Assembly (NCBI GenBank): GCA_965248055.1
Contig: CBDFIJ010000004.1
Span: forward strand, 960,001-1,024,000
Length of the DNA stretch: 64,000 bases
Direction of reading: 5' to 3'
Source of the DNA: Candidatus Multivoradales bacterium
Lineage (GTDB): Bacteria; Acidobacteriota; Thermoanaerobaculia; Multivoradales; JAHEKO01
Position numbers and translations under genes: made by a program
In this document: in pieces, positions 18,510-28,104 of the stretch
Layout: the number at the start of each line of letters is the position of its first letter
Position numbering within the stretch: the stretch's first letter is position 1
The notes under the pieces: generated by a model
Told to the model about the DNA's origin: nothing
Databases searched by the model: none
The model's input: only the letters and a program-made list of their open reading frames with translations

Positions 18510-18941
18510 TCACGTGCCGGTGTTCTGAGCCCACTGGGCCACCCAGCTGTTGTGCGCCCATTGGGCTCTCCATGGGAGGACGGAGGAGGAGGCCGATGGC
18601 ACCTGGTCGAGGATGTCGGGGTCGAACTCGGCCAGTGGCACCTTCTTGGCGGCGAGTTGCTCGGTTCCCAGCGAGGCCAGGACTTTCTCCGTTGGAAACT
18701 CGCCACCGGTTAGGTGCGGCTGCTTCGTGACCCCCTCCGGTGGGAGGTCCGCGTCGGCGATCCGATTCCGGGAGAACACCTGCGTCTCCACCTCCCGGAA
18801 GGCGCAGACCCTGTTGCTCTTCAAGTCCACCCGTGCCTCCGAGCGTTTCTTGAGAAAAGTGGTATGTCCCTTGTCGACCGGAAATTCCTGGTTGAGGGAG
18901 TACATAAACAACTCGATGTGCGGGGATTCCTGTCCCTTCAT
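18510..18941 (-). CDS. Putative RiPP precursor (143 aa) with Trp-rich duplicated C-terminal core
   Basis: Strong RBS (GAGGAGG) before ATG 18941; ends ...VLP-WRAQWAHNSWVAQWAQNTGT*. Confidence 0.75.
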   Translation of the reverse strand: MKGQESPHIELFMYSLNQEFPVDKGHTTFLKKRSEARVDLKSNRVCAFREVETQVFSRNRIADADLPPEGVTKQPHLTGGEFPTEKVLASLGTEQLAAKKVPLAEFDPDILDQVPSASSSVLPWRAQWAHNSWVAQWAQNTGT

Positions 18942-19008
18942 AGCTCCGCCTCCTCTTGAAAGTGCGTTGTTGGTCACCTAATGGAATATCACACAAAAGA
19001 GGCCGATG

Positions 19009-20063
19009 TCAAATTCCTGTATGCGTCCATGACATTTGGCACTGATCGGTATGTTCAGCTACGTATTGTAACGGTGGTCTTTGTCCGTGGCTCCAGTGGG
19101 GCCTTTCGGCGTTAAACCAGAGCATCCAGTCGAAGAGTTTTTGGTTGAAAGCTTGGAGGTCAGTGAAGAGCAAGTCTTCGTTGTAGTCAACGAATTTCTC
19201 TTGGATGGTTCGATTGAATCTCTCGGCTTGGGCGTTCATCTTCGGGCATCTGGGGTAGGTGTACCAGCGTTTGATTCCAGCCTCAGCAGCTTTCTTGTCG
19301 AAGGCTCCTTGAAACTCACTACCGTTGTCTGAGAGCACGGTAGTAACAGCAAATGGCAAGACATCAAGGCTCAGGTCCAGAAAGCGCGCTGCCGTGCTCG
19401 AGGTGTGGGAGTTGGTGGCTATTGCAGCAGACTCATGCTGCTGGCGGCATCGGTCAGAGTGATCAAGTACCGGCGTTGGCCATCACAGAATCGCTCGATG
19501 GTATCTACTGCCACCCACTGGCTAGGCGAGCATGCCTTGGTTCCTTTAGGTTTGCGAGGCTTACGCTTTCGTTTTGCTTTCACTCGACCCAGGCGATCAA
19601 TCCTTTGAGGCACCAAGCGCATCTTGTCGGGAGCATCGCCAATGATGCGGCCGATGGTGCTCACCGAGGGGCAGGTAATTCCCCTTACTTCACACCAGGG
19701 TTTCAACAGCGGATAGATCTTGTCCTTGCCAAGATTGGGCTCTTTGACTCGCAATCGACCGATCTCAGAGACCACCTCAGCTGGCCACTTGCGCCGTCTT
19801 CTTTTCTTCGGAGCTGTTGATTGAGGGTTTAGAGAGGTTAGCTCTCCTTTGCACCTACCAAGACAAGACTTCCAGCGGTACAGAGTCCTCCGGCTCACCG
19901 AAAATGCATCGATCGCTGCATCGATCCCATGCTCCTGCCAGAATCTCAATGCTCGGATACGTTTCTCAGCGCTATCTTGGGTCATGACCCAAGATACCCC
20001 TAGATGACGAAGATGTCCCAGGCCTTGGAAACGCCCTCTGATCAACCTCATGCTCAGCGACAC
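19009..20063 (-). pseudogene. IS481-family DDE transposase split by an apparent 1-bp deletion near 19430
   Basis: HTH (VSRRTLYRWK) and VAVDT in one frame; LSDNGSEF, PKMNAQAERFNRTIQE, FNAERPH in the other; adding one base at AGT CT^GCT GCA ATA GCC joins them. Confidence 0.85.
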
Positions 20064-20103
20064 TCCTCATTGAACGAGTGCCATTTGTTTCTGAACTTAT
20101 GCA
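19018..20103 (-). mobile_element. IS481-family insertion sequence (1086 bp)
   Basis: Imperfect terminal IRs TGTATGCGTCCATGACATTTGGCAC and TGCATAAGTTCAGAAACAAATGGCAC; 5-bp direct repeat ATTCC at 19013-19017 and 20104-20108. Confidence 0.85.
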
Positions 20104-20166
20104 ATTCCCGGCGCTAGGCGAACCCCCAAGAAACCTTAGAGCCTCGAGTTCGGGGACTGTTCTCTT

Positions 20167-20193
20167 ACACAAGAACATACTGTGTTTTTGTGT
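20167..20193. promoter_or_regulatory. Operator-like inverted repeat
   Basis: ACACAAGAACA-N5-TGTTTTTGTGT (1 mismatch) in AT-rich DNA just beyond the IS. Confidence 0.35.
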
Positions 20194-20420
20194 TTGCCAA
20201 AGTAGTAGTTCTTGAAGCCTTTTGCCAGAATCATCTCTGGCTATGACTAAAGCTCACCGGAGGCGAGCAGTGATGGAGCTCTCCCTAGCCAAGCGCTTCG
20301 CTTTGGCACAGAGGAAGTCCGATCGCCGGGAGTTACAACTATCGTCCAATCAACAGCCATCCGAGTCTAGGTATCAGGCTCGGGCTTACCGTAGGGACGG
20401 TATCTGAGTTGGGTGCCGAC

Positions 20421-20993
20421 CTAGCGCTCGTGACCGATGCGCCAAGTCAATCCGGTACTGATGCTGAAGTGGAACGAATCCTCATCAAACAACTCTGCGG
20501 AAATGGCGGACAGCTCGACCCGCGTTGCCATACGCTTGCGCCAACCAAAGAAGAACCGCGAGCCAATCGCGATCTGGTAGGCCGAGTTGTCGTCGCTGAT
20601 CACCGTGTCAAACGCCTCGAAGTCGGCATTCATTTGGCCGATGCCAAGCAGCACATAGGGAACGGTCCCCTGATTGGGATGAAAGTTGAAGAGCCCGTTG
20701 ATGAAGATCATGTCGAAGTCAGCGTCGATATCGCTGTCGCTGTTGAAGGCAACAATGTACTGACCCTCCAACTCCAAACTGTCGGTGAACATGTATCCAC
20801 CGCGAGCATCAAGTCGAATGGCGTTTCCGCCGTCCAAGATCTCGTCACTCGAAACGTCCAAGAACATGGTGCCCAGGTTGAGGCCAAGCTCGCCGTTAGT
20901 CCTAGCCAAAGGCTCGGTTGCAAATGCGGCAGTTCCCAGCAGTCCGGCCAAAAGGCACAGCGTTACCGCTCGTAGAATCAGTCTTACTTTCAT
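20421..20993 (-). CDS. Outer membrane beta-barrel protein (OmpA-like/porin family)
   Basis: Signal peptide MKVRLIL...AFA; alternating beta-strands, PYVLLGIG, terminal GLTWRIG. Confidence 0.8.
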   Translation of the reverse strand: MKVRLILRAVTLCLLAGLLGTAAFATEPLARTNGELGLNLGTMFLDVSSDEILDGGNAIRLDARGGYMFTDSLELEGQYIVAFNSDSDIDADFDMIFINGLFNFHPNQGTVPYVLLGIGQMNADFEAFDTVISDDNSAYQIAIGSRFFFGWRKRMATRVELSAISAELFDEDSFHFSISTGLTWRIGHER

Positions 20994-21084
20994 TGTTGTA
21001 GCCCCTAAGAATCGGCAATGGAGAACGCACCCAGTGCGCCCAAAACGATATTTTACGGTCTGATCAGCGCTTGACGCAAGCGGA

Positions 21085-21984
21085 CTACCAGCTGCCGGAC
21101 GATCCGCCGCCGCCAAAGCTCCCACCGCCACCGGAAAATCCGCCACCGCCACCGCTCCATCCGCTGGACGAAGACCAGCCGCCGCCAGACGTCCATCCTC
21201 CGCCACCGCGACCAATGCTGCCACCAATGCTGGAAAACAGAGCGCGCAGGATCGGGAAACCGATCACCCAAGCCAGCAGCAAGATCCACGACCAGGGCTG
21301 CCCTAGGGTTACCCATGGGACGACAAACCAAAACGGCATCATGAAGAAGTACGGGATCCAGCCCTTCGCGCCCCGAATGCGCAACAAGTTGAAGGAAAAG
21401 AAAGCCAAGAACCCCAGTAACGGCAGGGCACCGGTTCTCGCCGGGTTCGCAGTCCGGACCGCAGGCGCTGGTAGCTCTCCGCCTTCGGCTAAGGTCACCA
21501 ACGCATCGACCCCGGCTTCAACCCCCCCGCCAAAATCACCATCGCGGAATCGCGAAGCCATGATGTTGTCCAAAATCCGCCGTGAGTGGGCGTCGGTAAT
21601 GGTTGGCTCAAGACCGTAGCCAACTTCGATCCGCATGCGCCGGTCCTGGGAAGCGACAATCAAGATCACTCCGTCGTCCACACCCTCGCGGCCAATCTTC
21701 CAGGCATCAGCGACGCGAATTCCCAAATCTTCAATCGGCTCACCCTCAAGGCTGGGAATCGTCAGCACTACGATCTGGGTACCCCGCTCTCGCTCCAGGC
21801 GCTCAAGCCTCGACTCGATGCTCTGCTCTTCAGAAGGCGGAATGATCTGGGCAAGATCGTTGACCCGCCCGTTGAGAAACGGCACCTCGATCTGGGCAGC
21901 CGCGGCAATCGGCAACGCCAGCCAGACGCAGAAGATCAGGCGCCGAACCACCCGACGCCTAACGATCATAGATCCGTGGCTCAT
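21085..21984 (-). CDS. TPM domain protein (YgcG family) with Gly-rich tail
   Basis: GRVNDLA, WKIG..DDGV, RIEVGYGLE, GGGFSGGGGSFGGGGSSGSW. Confidence 0.93.
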   Translation of the reverse strand: MSHGSMIVRRRVVRRLIFCVWLALPIAAAAQIEVPFLNGRVNDLAQIIPPSEEQSIESRLERLERERGTQIVVLTIPSLEGEPIEDLGIRVADAWKIGREGVDDGVILIVASQDRRMRIEVGYGLEPTITDAHSRRILDNIMASRFRDGDFGGGVEAGVDALVTLAEGGELPAPAVRTANPARTGALPLLGFLAFFSFNLLRIRGAKGWIPYFFMMPFWFVVPWVTLGQPWSWILLLAWVIGFPILRALFSSIGGSIGRGGGGWTSGGGWSSSSGWSGGGGGFSGGGGSFGGGGSSGSW

Positions 21985-22615
21985 TGCTCAACTCGTCGAT
22001 GTCATCGTCGCGTCGGGGAACTTTGTGCTGTGCCAAAATGCGACCCAGCTCTTCCACCGCCCGCTGGATCGTCTCCCCGCGTTTGCCGCTCTTGAGATCC
22101 CTGGTCAGGTTGTCGATCACTTGATCCCACACCGACTCTTCGACTCTTCGGCGAATCCCCTCGTCGACCAGTACTTGCACCCGATGTTCAAAAAGCGCGA
22201 TAAACAACAACACCCCGGTGCGATCGACGGTGGCGAAGACTTCCTCTTCGACAAAGGCAACCGAAGCCCGCCTCGACACCCGCAAGGCCGCCAATTGCGG
22301 GTCGACTAGATAGCGCTCGAGAACCGGAATCAGTCGGGTTACGCACCAGCCCAAAACCAAACCAGCCAGAACGATGCCGATCATCCAAGCTGGCCCCCAC
22401 GGAATCCACGCACCCCAGTTGATCATCCCCACCGCAGCCAGGGAGACTGCGGTCAACGCTCCTAGCGCGGCGCCACGCCACGCAGCCTCCGGGTAATCGT
22501 CGCAACGACGGACAATGACACACACCAACTCACCACCGGTGAGTTGCTCAGCCTGCTCGGTGGCGTCGCGAATCGCGGTGAGATCCGCGCGGGAGAAAAA
22601 CGACCGAATGCGCAC
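21959..22615 (-). CDS. TPM-like membrane protein of lemA operons
   Basis: AEQLTGGEL, RTGVLLFIALFEHRV..DEGI, DELSNE. Confidence 0.85.
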   Translation of the reverse strand: MRIRSFFSRADLTAIRDATEQAEQLTGGELVCVIVRRCDDYPEAAWRGAALGALTAVSLAAVGMINWGAWIPWGPAWMIGIVLAGLVLGWCVTRLIPVLERYLVDPQLAALRVSRRASVAFVEEEVFATVDRTGVLLFIALFEHRVQVLVDEGIRRRVEESVWDQVIDNLTRDLKSGKRGETIQRAVEELGRILAQHKVPRRDDDIDELSNEPRIYDR

Positions 22616-22623
22616 AGACGAGC

Positions 22624-23211
22624 TTAAAACTCGACCTTGGGTGGTTCATTGGCCCCAGGAGTCGACTCGAAATAGGGCCGTTGGTCGAAACCGAACATCT
22701 TGGCGAGGATCAGTGCAGGGAACTCCTTGATTGCAGTGTTGTAACTCCGCACAGAATCGTTGAAACGTCCACGTTCAACCGCAATTCGGTTCTCCGTGCC
22801 CTCCAGCTGCACCTGAAGGTCGCGAAACGCCTCGGTCGCTTTTAGTTCTGGGTAGCGCTCGACCACCACCAATAACCTCGACAGGGCACCGGATAGTCCG
22901 TCTTGCGCTTGCTGAAACTCGGCGAGCTTCGCCGCGTCCGGTGGCCCCTCAAGGTTGATCTGGCTGATCTTGGATCGAGCCTCGACAACTTGGATCAAGG
23001 TTTCCTGTTCAAAGTCAGCGGCGCCCTTCACCGTGCTAACCAGATTCGGAATCAAGTCAGCGCGCCGTTGATAGGCGTTCTCGACTTGACTCCAAGCTCC
23101 GTCCACCGACTCTCGAAGACCCACCAGTCGGTTGTAGTCGCAGCCCTGTAAGGACAATGCGAGTATCGAGACAGCCGCAATGCTAATAATTTGTGTGCGG
23201 TTGGATTGCAT
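22624..23211 (-). CDS. lemA: LemA family protein
   Basis: YQRRADLIPNLV, VERYPELKA, QLEGTENRIAVER. Confidence 0.95.
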   Translation of the reverse strand: MQSNRTQIISIAAVSILALSLQGCDYNRLVGLRESVDGAWSQVENAYQRRADLIPNLVSTVKGAADFEQETLIQVVEARSKISQINLEGPPDAAKLAEFQQAQDGLSGALSRLLVVVERYPELKATEAFRDLQVQLEGTENRIAVERGRFNDSVRSYNTAIKEFPALILAKMFGFDQRPYFESTPGANEPPKVEF

Positions 23212-23415
23212 TTCTTTCCTCCTGGGACTCGTCGTAGCAATTTCCGCCCCGACGAAAAACTTATGTCAAGTATATCGAGGCCGATGAACAGGGCACGGAT
23301 CGGTCGACCAATGCCCAAAAACGGTGATCGGGATCGGCTAAGCGACTCGACAACCCAACTCATCAAACTCATTCGCAGGGGAATGAAGCCCTTGTTCCCA
23401 TATTGCGAGGCTGTA

Positions 23416-24240
23416 TTAGGAGTCCTGGTCGCTTCGAAGACGTATCTCTTGTTGTGGGTAGGGGATCGAGATATCCGCCGCCTCGAACGCTTCTTTGATC
23501 GATTCGGTCAAGGCAAAACGAACATCCCAGTACTCTTCGGTCCGCGCCCAGGGCCGAACCACCAAGTCCACGCCGCTGTCCGCCAATTCTGCGACCGCGA
23601 CCACCGGCTCGGGATTAGCCAAAACGCGCGGGTCCGCTTCCAAAACCGCGTGCAGGGTTTTTTTCACCAAAGCCAAATCCTCGGCGTAGTCCACCTGCAC
23701 CATCAAGTCGATGCGACGGCGCTCGTGCGCGGTGTAGTTGACCATCGAATCCGCAGTGATCTTGCCGTTGGGGATCACCACCCTCTTGTTGTCGTGGGTG
23801 CGCACTTCGGTGGCAAACACGTCAATTTCCTCAACCGTTCCGGATATCGCCCCAATTTCGACCACGTCGCCAACCCGAAATGGACGAATCAAGATCAGGA
23901 TTACCCCGGCAGCGAAGTTCGCCAGAGTGTCCTTGAACGCCAAGCCAATCGCCAGTCCCAATGCACCGACCACCGCCGCGAACGAGACCGACTCCATGCC
24001 CATCTTGCCAACCGCCGCCACCGCCACCAAGCCCATGAACAACAAGAACGCCGCACTGCCCAGGAACGACGCCAACGATCGATCGACCCCAGCCCGTCGC
24101 ATCGCCATTCTGATCATCACCGTGAGCACCTTGGCGACCAGATAGCCGAGAACCGCTATTACGATCCCTGACACCACCCGCGGACCAACCTCCTGGAGAG
24201 TCGCGGTCAACCGATCAATGGAGAGTCCAAAAAGTTCCAT
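23416..24240 (-). CDS. mscS: Small-conductance mechanosensitive channel
   Basis: GLAIGLAFKDTLANFAAG, RPFRVGD, IPNG, ISIPYPQ. Confidence 0.93.
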   Translation of the reverse strand: MELFGLSIDRLTATLQEVGPRVVSGIVIAVLGYLVAKVLTVMIRMAMRRAGVDRSLASFLGSAAFLLFMGLVAVAAVGKMGMESVSFAAVVGALGLAIGLAFKDTLANFAAGVILILIRPFRVGDVVEIGAISGTVEEIDVFATEVRTHDNKRVVIPNGKITADSMVNYTAHERRRIDLMVQVDYAEDLALVKKTLHAVLEADPRVLANPEPVVAVAELADSGVDLVVRPWARTEEYWDVRFALTESIKEAFEAADISIPYPQQEIRLRSDQDS

Positions 24241-24288
24241 AGGCTAGCCCACTGTGCGCTACTGCTGCGTCGCAGGAAAAGAACGGAA

Positions 24289-26100
24289 TCACTCACGCGC
24301 AGTCGGCACGATCACCGTCTTGTGACGTTCACCGTCACGCTGATAAACCACCGCGACCTCTTCCCCAATCTTTACCGCATCCAAAGCGTAGGTGTAATCG
24401 TAAATGTTCTGGATTTCTTGACTGCCAAACTCGACGATAACGTCGCCCGCAGCCAATCCACCCGCCTCGGCGGGACCTCCCGCCATCACCCCGGACAGTC
24501 TCAATCCGACCACCCCGGAGGCGTAGTCGGGGATCGTCCCGGTGTAGGCGCGGACGCCGTCCCGAGTCCCTACATCATTCTGCTTTCGTTCTACCTGATT
24601 GAACTCTGGCGCAGTCTCCGTGGCGACCAATCGGCGCAAGACACCACTAGCCAGATTCACCACCGCTTCGATCCCCGGATAGTTCAAAGTCTTTGGTAGA
24701 TCGGAAGGGCGATGGTAATCCTCATGACTGCCGGTGAAGAAACTCAAACTGGGAACCCCAGTGTGATGAAAAGAAGTACTGTCAGTCGGCAAATAGGGAT
24801 CTTCTTGTAGCGTCAGACTCAATCCGACCGGAATGTTGGCGGACTCAATCCATCCGCTCCACGAAGGGCTGCTGCCCACCGCTTGCACCGTCAACTTGTC
24901 GTCGCGCAGGCGACCGACCATGTCGAAGTTGAGATAGCCGACCGGAGCTGCGTCCAGAAGCTCCTCGTCGGTAGCAAAGGCCTGGGAACCGAGGAGTCCG
25001 AGTTCCTCCCCGGACCAAAAAGTGAGAATCAAATCGCGAGAACGCTCGCGTTCCACCCAACGTCTACCGAGTTCCAACACCGCAGCAACTCCCGAAGCAT
25101 TGTCATCCGCTCCCGTGTGTACCGCGTCTTTGTCTTCGGCAGAGGCCAGAGAGTTGCCATTCTCTCCCCGCCCCAGGTGATCAAAGTGAGCTCCGACCAA
25201 GACCGCTCCCGGCCATTTGGACGGTACCGTCGCGGGCAATACTCCGGCGACATTGTGACCCTGACTCTGAACCCGCTCGACCTGCGTAGTCAGGGTCACC
25301 GCGCCCCCGTCGAGAGCGAAACCGGCTACGTGCGGATTGCCGGAGTCCAGTTCGTCCTGCACTTCCTGAAGAGATCGTCCGCTGGAACTGAGCAACCAGT
25401 CGGCGACCGCTTCTGAGACCGTGGCAGCCACCACCCCGGAGCCTTGAAATGCAGCGTCGGTGGTCTTCTTGAGGGTCTGGCCAGCGTTTGGCGAATTGGG
25501 GCCGGCAATAACCAACAGGCCCACCGCCCCCGCTTCGCGCGCCTGCAGAGCCTTGTAGCGCAGCCCCGAGTACCGCGCCATGATCCTCTTGCTCTCTGGG
25601 TCTGCCTCCTCGGGGAAGTACCGCAGCGCCAACACGATCTTTCCTTCCACGTCTAGGCCAGTGTACGAATCATAGGGAAACTCTTGGCCCTCGGGAATCC
25701 GCAGTCCGTAACCGGCAAAGACCACTTCGGCGGTCGCAGAGGTAGAGTCCGAAAAGGCCAGTGCACTGACTTGATCGGGTCCACCAAAAGTCCGCTCGCC
25801 ACGAGATACCGCCGATCCGAGGTCCTCAGACCCAGCGACAAAAGTAAACGGGATCAGGTATGAATCATCGCCTGAGATTGGTACCGCTCCCATTTGCTGC
25901 AATTGCTGTGCGACGTACTCCGCCGCAGCCAGTGCTCCCGCAGTTCCAGTCAGTCGACCCTCTAAATTTTCAGAAGCCAGGAACTCGACGTCGGCCCGAA
26001 GCCGATCGCTGGTCTGTTGGTCGGCGGCAAGCGGAGCAGCCACCGATGCTGAGACCAGAACCGCTGCCAACGCCAACCCACGTAAAGCGTTCGCTATCAT
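24289..26100 (-). CDS. M28 family aminopeptidase with PA and PDZ domains
   Basis: GAHFDHLG, GADDNASG, SGEELGLLGS, NFDMVGR, DYHRPSD; C-terminal GTIPDY PDZ. Confidence 0.92.
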   Translation of the reverse strand: MIANALRGLALAAVLVSASVAAPLAADQQTSDRLRADVEFLASENLEGRLTGTAGALAAAEYVAQQLQQMGAVPISGDDSYLIPFTFVAGSEDLGSAVSRGERTFGGPDQVSALAFSDSTSATAEVVFAGYGLRIPEGQEFPYDSYTGLDVEGKIVLALRYFPEEADPESKRIMARYSGLRYKALQAREAGAVGLLVIAGPNSPNAGQTLKKTTDAAFQGSGVVAATVSEAVADWLLSSSGRSLQEVQDELDSGNPHVAGFALDGGAVTLTTQVERVQSQGHNVAGVLPATVPSKWPGAVLVGAHFDHLGRGENGNSLASAEDKDAVHTGADDNASGVAAVLELGRRWVERERSRDLILTFWSGEELGLLGSQAFATDEELLDAAPVGYLNFDMVGRLRDDKLTVQAVGSSPSWSGWIESANIPVGLSLTLQEDPYLPTDSTSFHHTGVPSLSFFTGSHEDYHRPSDLPKTLNYPGIEAVVNLASGVLRRLVATETAPEFNQVERKQNDVGTRDGVRAYTGTIPDYASGVVGLRLSGVMAGGPAEAGGLAAGDVIVEFGSQEIQNIYDYTYALDAVKIGEEVAVVYQRDGERHKTVIVPTARE

Positions 26101-27266
26101 TCACCTAACTCCTCGCTTCGTAGCGGACTTTGCGCCAAAGCATCCCGCGCGGCCTGGTCATTCCAATTGGCCCGGTAGAGTTGGCCACCCTCACCGTGGC
26201 GGCTACTGGTCCAGATCAGACTCTCTCCGTCAGGAGAAAACACCGGTAAGCCATCAAATCGATCGGTGGTCGTCACCCGAACCGGTTCGCGCAGTCCATC
26301 GATATCGATCAGGTAGAGCTCGAAGTTGGAAAACCCGAGCTTATTGGAAGCAAAGATGATGTGGTCGCCCGATGGATGGGTGTAAGGAGCCCAGCTCATG
26401 GCCCCAAACGTCGTCAGCTGTTTGGGCTCACTCCCGTCGGTGTAAGCGCTCCAGATTTCCGCGGTCAAGCCATCCTCGCTAAAGCGCCTCCAGACAACCC
26501 GACTTCCATCCGGGGTAAAGAATGGACCACCGTCATATCCTGGCACGTCGGTAATCTGTTCGACCTCAGATCCGTCTGCTCGCATGCGGTAGAGATCGGC
26601 AAAATAAGCCGAGTCCACTTCCAAGAGATTCGCTTCCTCGTCGGTGAGATCGCGCTGGTAGGCCGCTCGGTTGGAAGCAAAGATGATCCACTCGCCATCT
26701 GGGGAGTAACTTCCCTCGGCGTCATAACCGCGCTCATCGGTCAACCTGGTGAGCTCGGATTTCTCCAAGTCCGCCACATAGATGTCCATCTCGGGATCGT
26801 AGTCCCAGGCGTAGCGTCTTTCCTCTCCGCTCTCGCGAGCGGCAAATTCGTCGGCCGCCAGTTGGCCGGTCTGCGGATCGTGATGGGTGGAGGAAAACAG
26901 CGCTTGTTGGTGCCCCGGGCGCAGATACGCACAGGTGGTCTTGCCCATACCAGGTGAAACCCTGTGACTGTCGCCGGTTTCCAGGTCCAGCAAGTAGATT
27001 TGGTAGAACGGATTCTCGGACTCCCGCTCGCTCTGGAAAATTAATTTCTTACCATCAGCGGAAAAGTAGCCTTCTCCAGCGCGCACACCCTCAAAAGTCA
27101 GGCGGCGGACACGGGACAGGAACTGGGACTCGTCGGCTGACGGCTGCCCCAGATTCTCTGGGGTTTCATGACCTGGCGGTAGGGCTTGGATTTGCGGAAT
27201 TTCTTGGCTTTCTTGCGAAGCGAGGGTTGCAATCGGCGCGACAAATCCTACTGCGATCAGACCCAT
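26097..27266 (-). CDS. TolB-like beta-propeller (PD40 repeats) secreted protein; start uncertain
   Basis: GEGYFSADG, GKTTC, GYDAEGSYSPDG, GYDGGPFFTPDG, FDGLPVFSPDG. Confidence 0.88.
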   Translation of the reverse strand: MGLIAVGFVAPIATLASQESQEIPQIQALPPGHETPENLGQPSADESQFLSRVRRLTFEGVRAGEGYFSADGKKLIFQSERESENPFYQIYLLDLETGDSHRVSPGMGKTTCAYLRPGHQQALFSSTHHDPQTGQLAADEFAARESGEERRYAWDYDPEMDIYVADLEKSELTRLTDERGYDAEGSYSPDGEWIIFASNRAAYQRDLTDEEANLLEVDSAYFADLYRMRADGSEVEQITDVPGYDGGPFFTPDGSRVVWRRFSEDGLTAEIWSAYTDGSEPKQLTTFGAMSWAPYTHPSGDHIIFASNKLGFSNFELYLIDIDGLREPVRVTTTDRFDGLPVFSPDGESLIWTSSRHGEGGQLYRANWNDQAARDALAQSPLRSEELGE

Positions 27267-27339
27267 CAAGGCCGGTCGCCACCACCGACCTTGATTCGGC
27301 CGGCGCCTTATCAGGGTCCAGAGAGGCACCGTCAGCGGA

Positions 27340-27645
27340 TTACCAACTGGATTTGGTGACGCCGGGAAGTTTGCCTTGCAAGGCGAGATCCCGAAGAGCG
27401 ATACGAGAGAGTCCGAACTTGCGATAGTAACCGCGGGGACGACCACTCAAATTGCAACGGTTGCGCACCCGCGTCGGACTGGCATCACGAGGAATTCGAC
27501 GCAAGGTCGAATAGGCGGCGAGTTTCTCTTCTTGCGGTCGTTTGGGATCTTTGATGATCGCCAGCAGGCGCTCCCGCTTCTCTTTGTGCAGAGGGACGAC
27601 TCTACGTCGGTGTTCGTTGCGAGCAATTTTTGCAGTCGTGGCCAT
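27340..27645 (-). CDS. rpsN: 30S ribosomal protein S14, long Zn-independent type
   Basis: 101 aa; [36 protein letters not shown]; only one Cys. Confidence 0.97.
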   Translation of the reverse strand: MATTAKIARNEHRRRVVPLHKEKRERLLAIIKDPKRPQEEKLAAYSTLRRIPRDASPTRVRNRCNLSGRPRGYYRKFGLSRIALRDLALQGKLPGVTKSSW

Positions 27646-27701
27646 ATCTGATTCTCGGTCTTGAGTTTTCTAAGTTCCAGTGTTCTAGTTTCTAGTTCCG
27701 C

Positions 27702-27962
27702 CTACTGTTCTTGGGCAGTCTTTTCGCCACCAAACCGCTGACGGAACCTCTCGATACGGCCCGCGGTGTCGACGAAATGCTGTTTGCCAGTATAGAAGGG
27801 GTGCGAGGCAGAAGAGATCTCAAGACGAATCACGTAGTGATCCACTCCGTCAATCTTGCGCACCTCGTCACTGGTCTTCGTCGAACGACTGACGAACTCA
27901 AAATCGGCGCCAGTATCGACATAGACCACCGGGTGGTATTCAGGATGGATGTCTGACTTCAT
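27702..27962 (-). CDS. rpmE2: 50S ribosomal protein L31 type B (Zn-independent)
   Basis: [33 protein letters not shown]; no Cys. Confidence 0.95.
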   Translation of the reverse strand: MKSDIHPEYHPVVYVDTGADFEFVSRSTKTSDEVRKIDGVDHYVIRLEISSASHPFYTGKQHFVDTAGRIERFRQRFGGEKTAQEQ

Positions 27963-28104
27963 AGCTGTTTCCTTGCGCCAGCGCGTACTAACCCTGCACG
28001 CCGCTAGGGCGAAGTGCGAATTCTAGGCAATTACCGGCGCGATGGCAACCGGTTGTCTTAGACAATTCCGTCGGCGTTCAGAGAACACTCAACCCAGGCA
28101 GCGA

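Noticed and set aside
18403-18996. 197-aa alternative-frame ORF over the precursor
   Set aside because: R/G/P-rich shadow composition, overlaps the RRE gene, and lacks the RBS that supports ATG 18941.
23191-24171. 326-aa plus-strand ORF
   Set aside because: Antisense to mscS; no recognisable motifs.
27267-27446. N-terminal extension of the TolB-like ORF overlapping rpsN
   Set aside because: Longest-ORF artefact; the overlap with rpsN is implausible and a signal-like segment begins downstream.
27963-28104. Zur box upstream of rpmE2-rpsN
   Set aside because: No convincing AT-rich palindrome seen.
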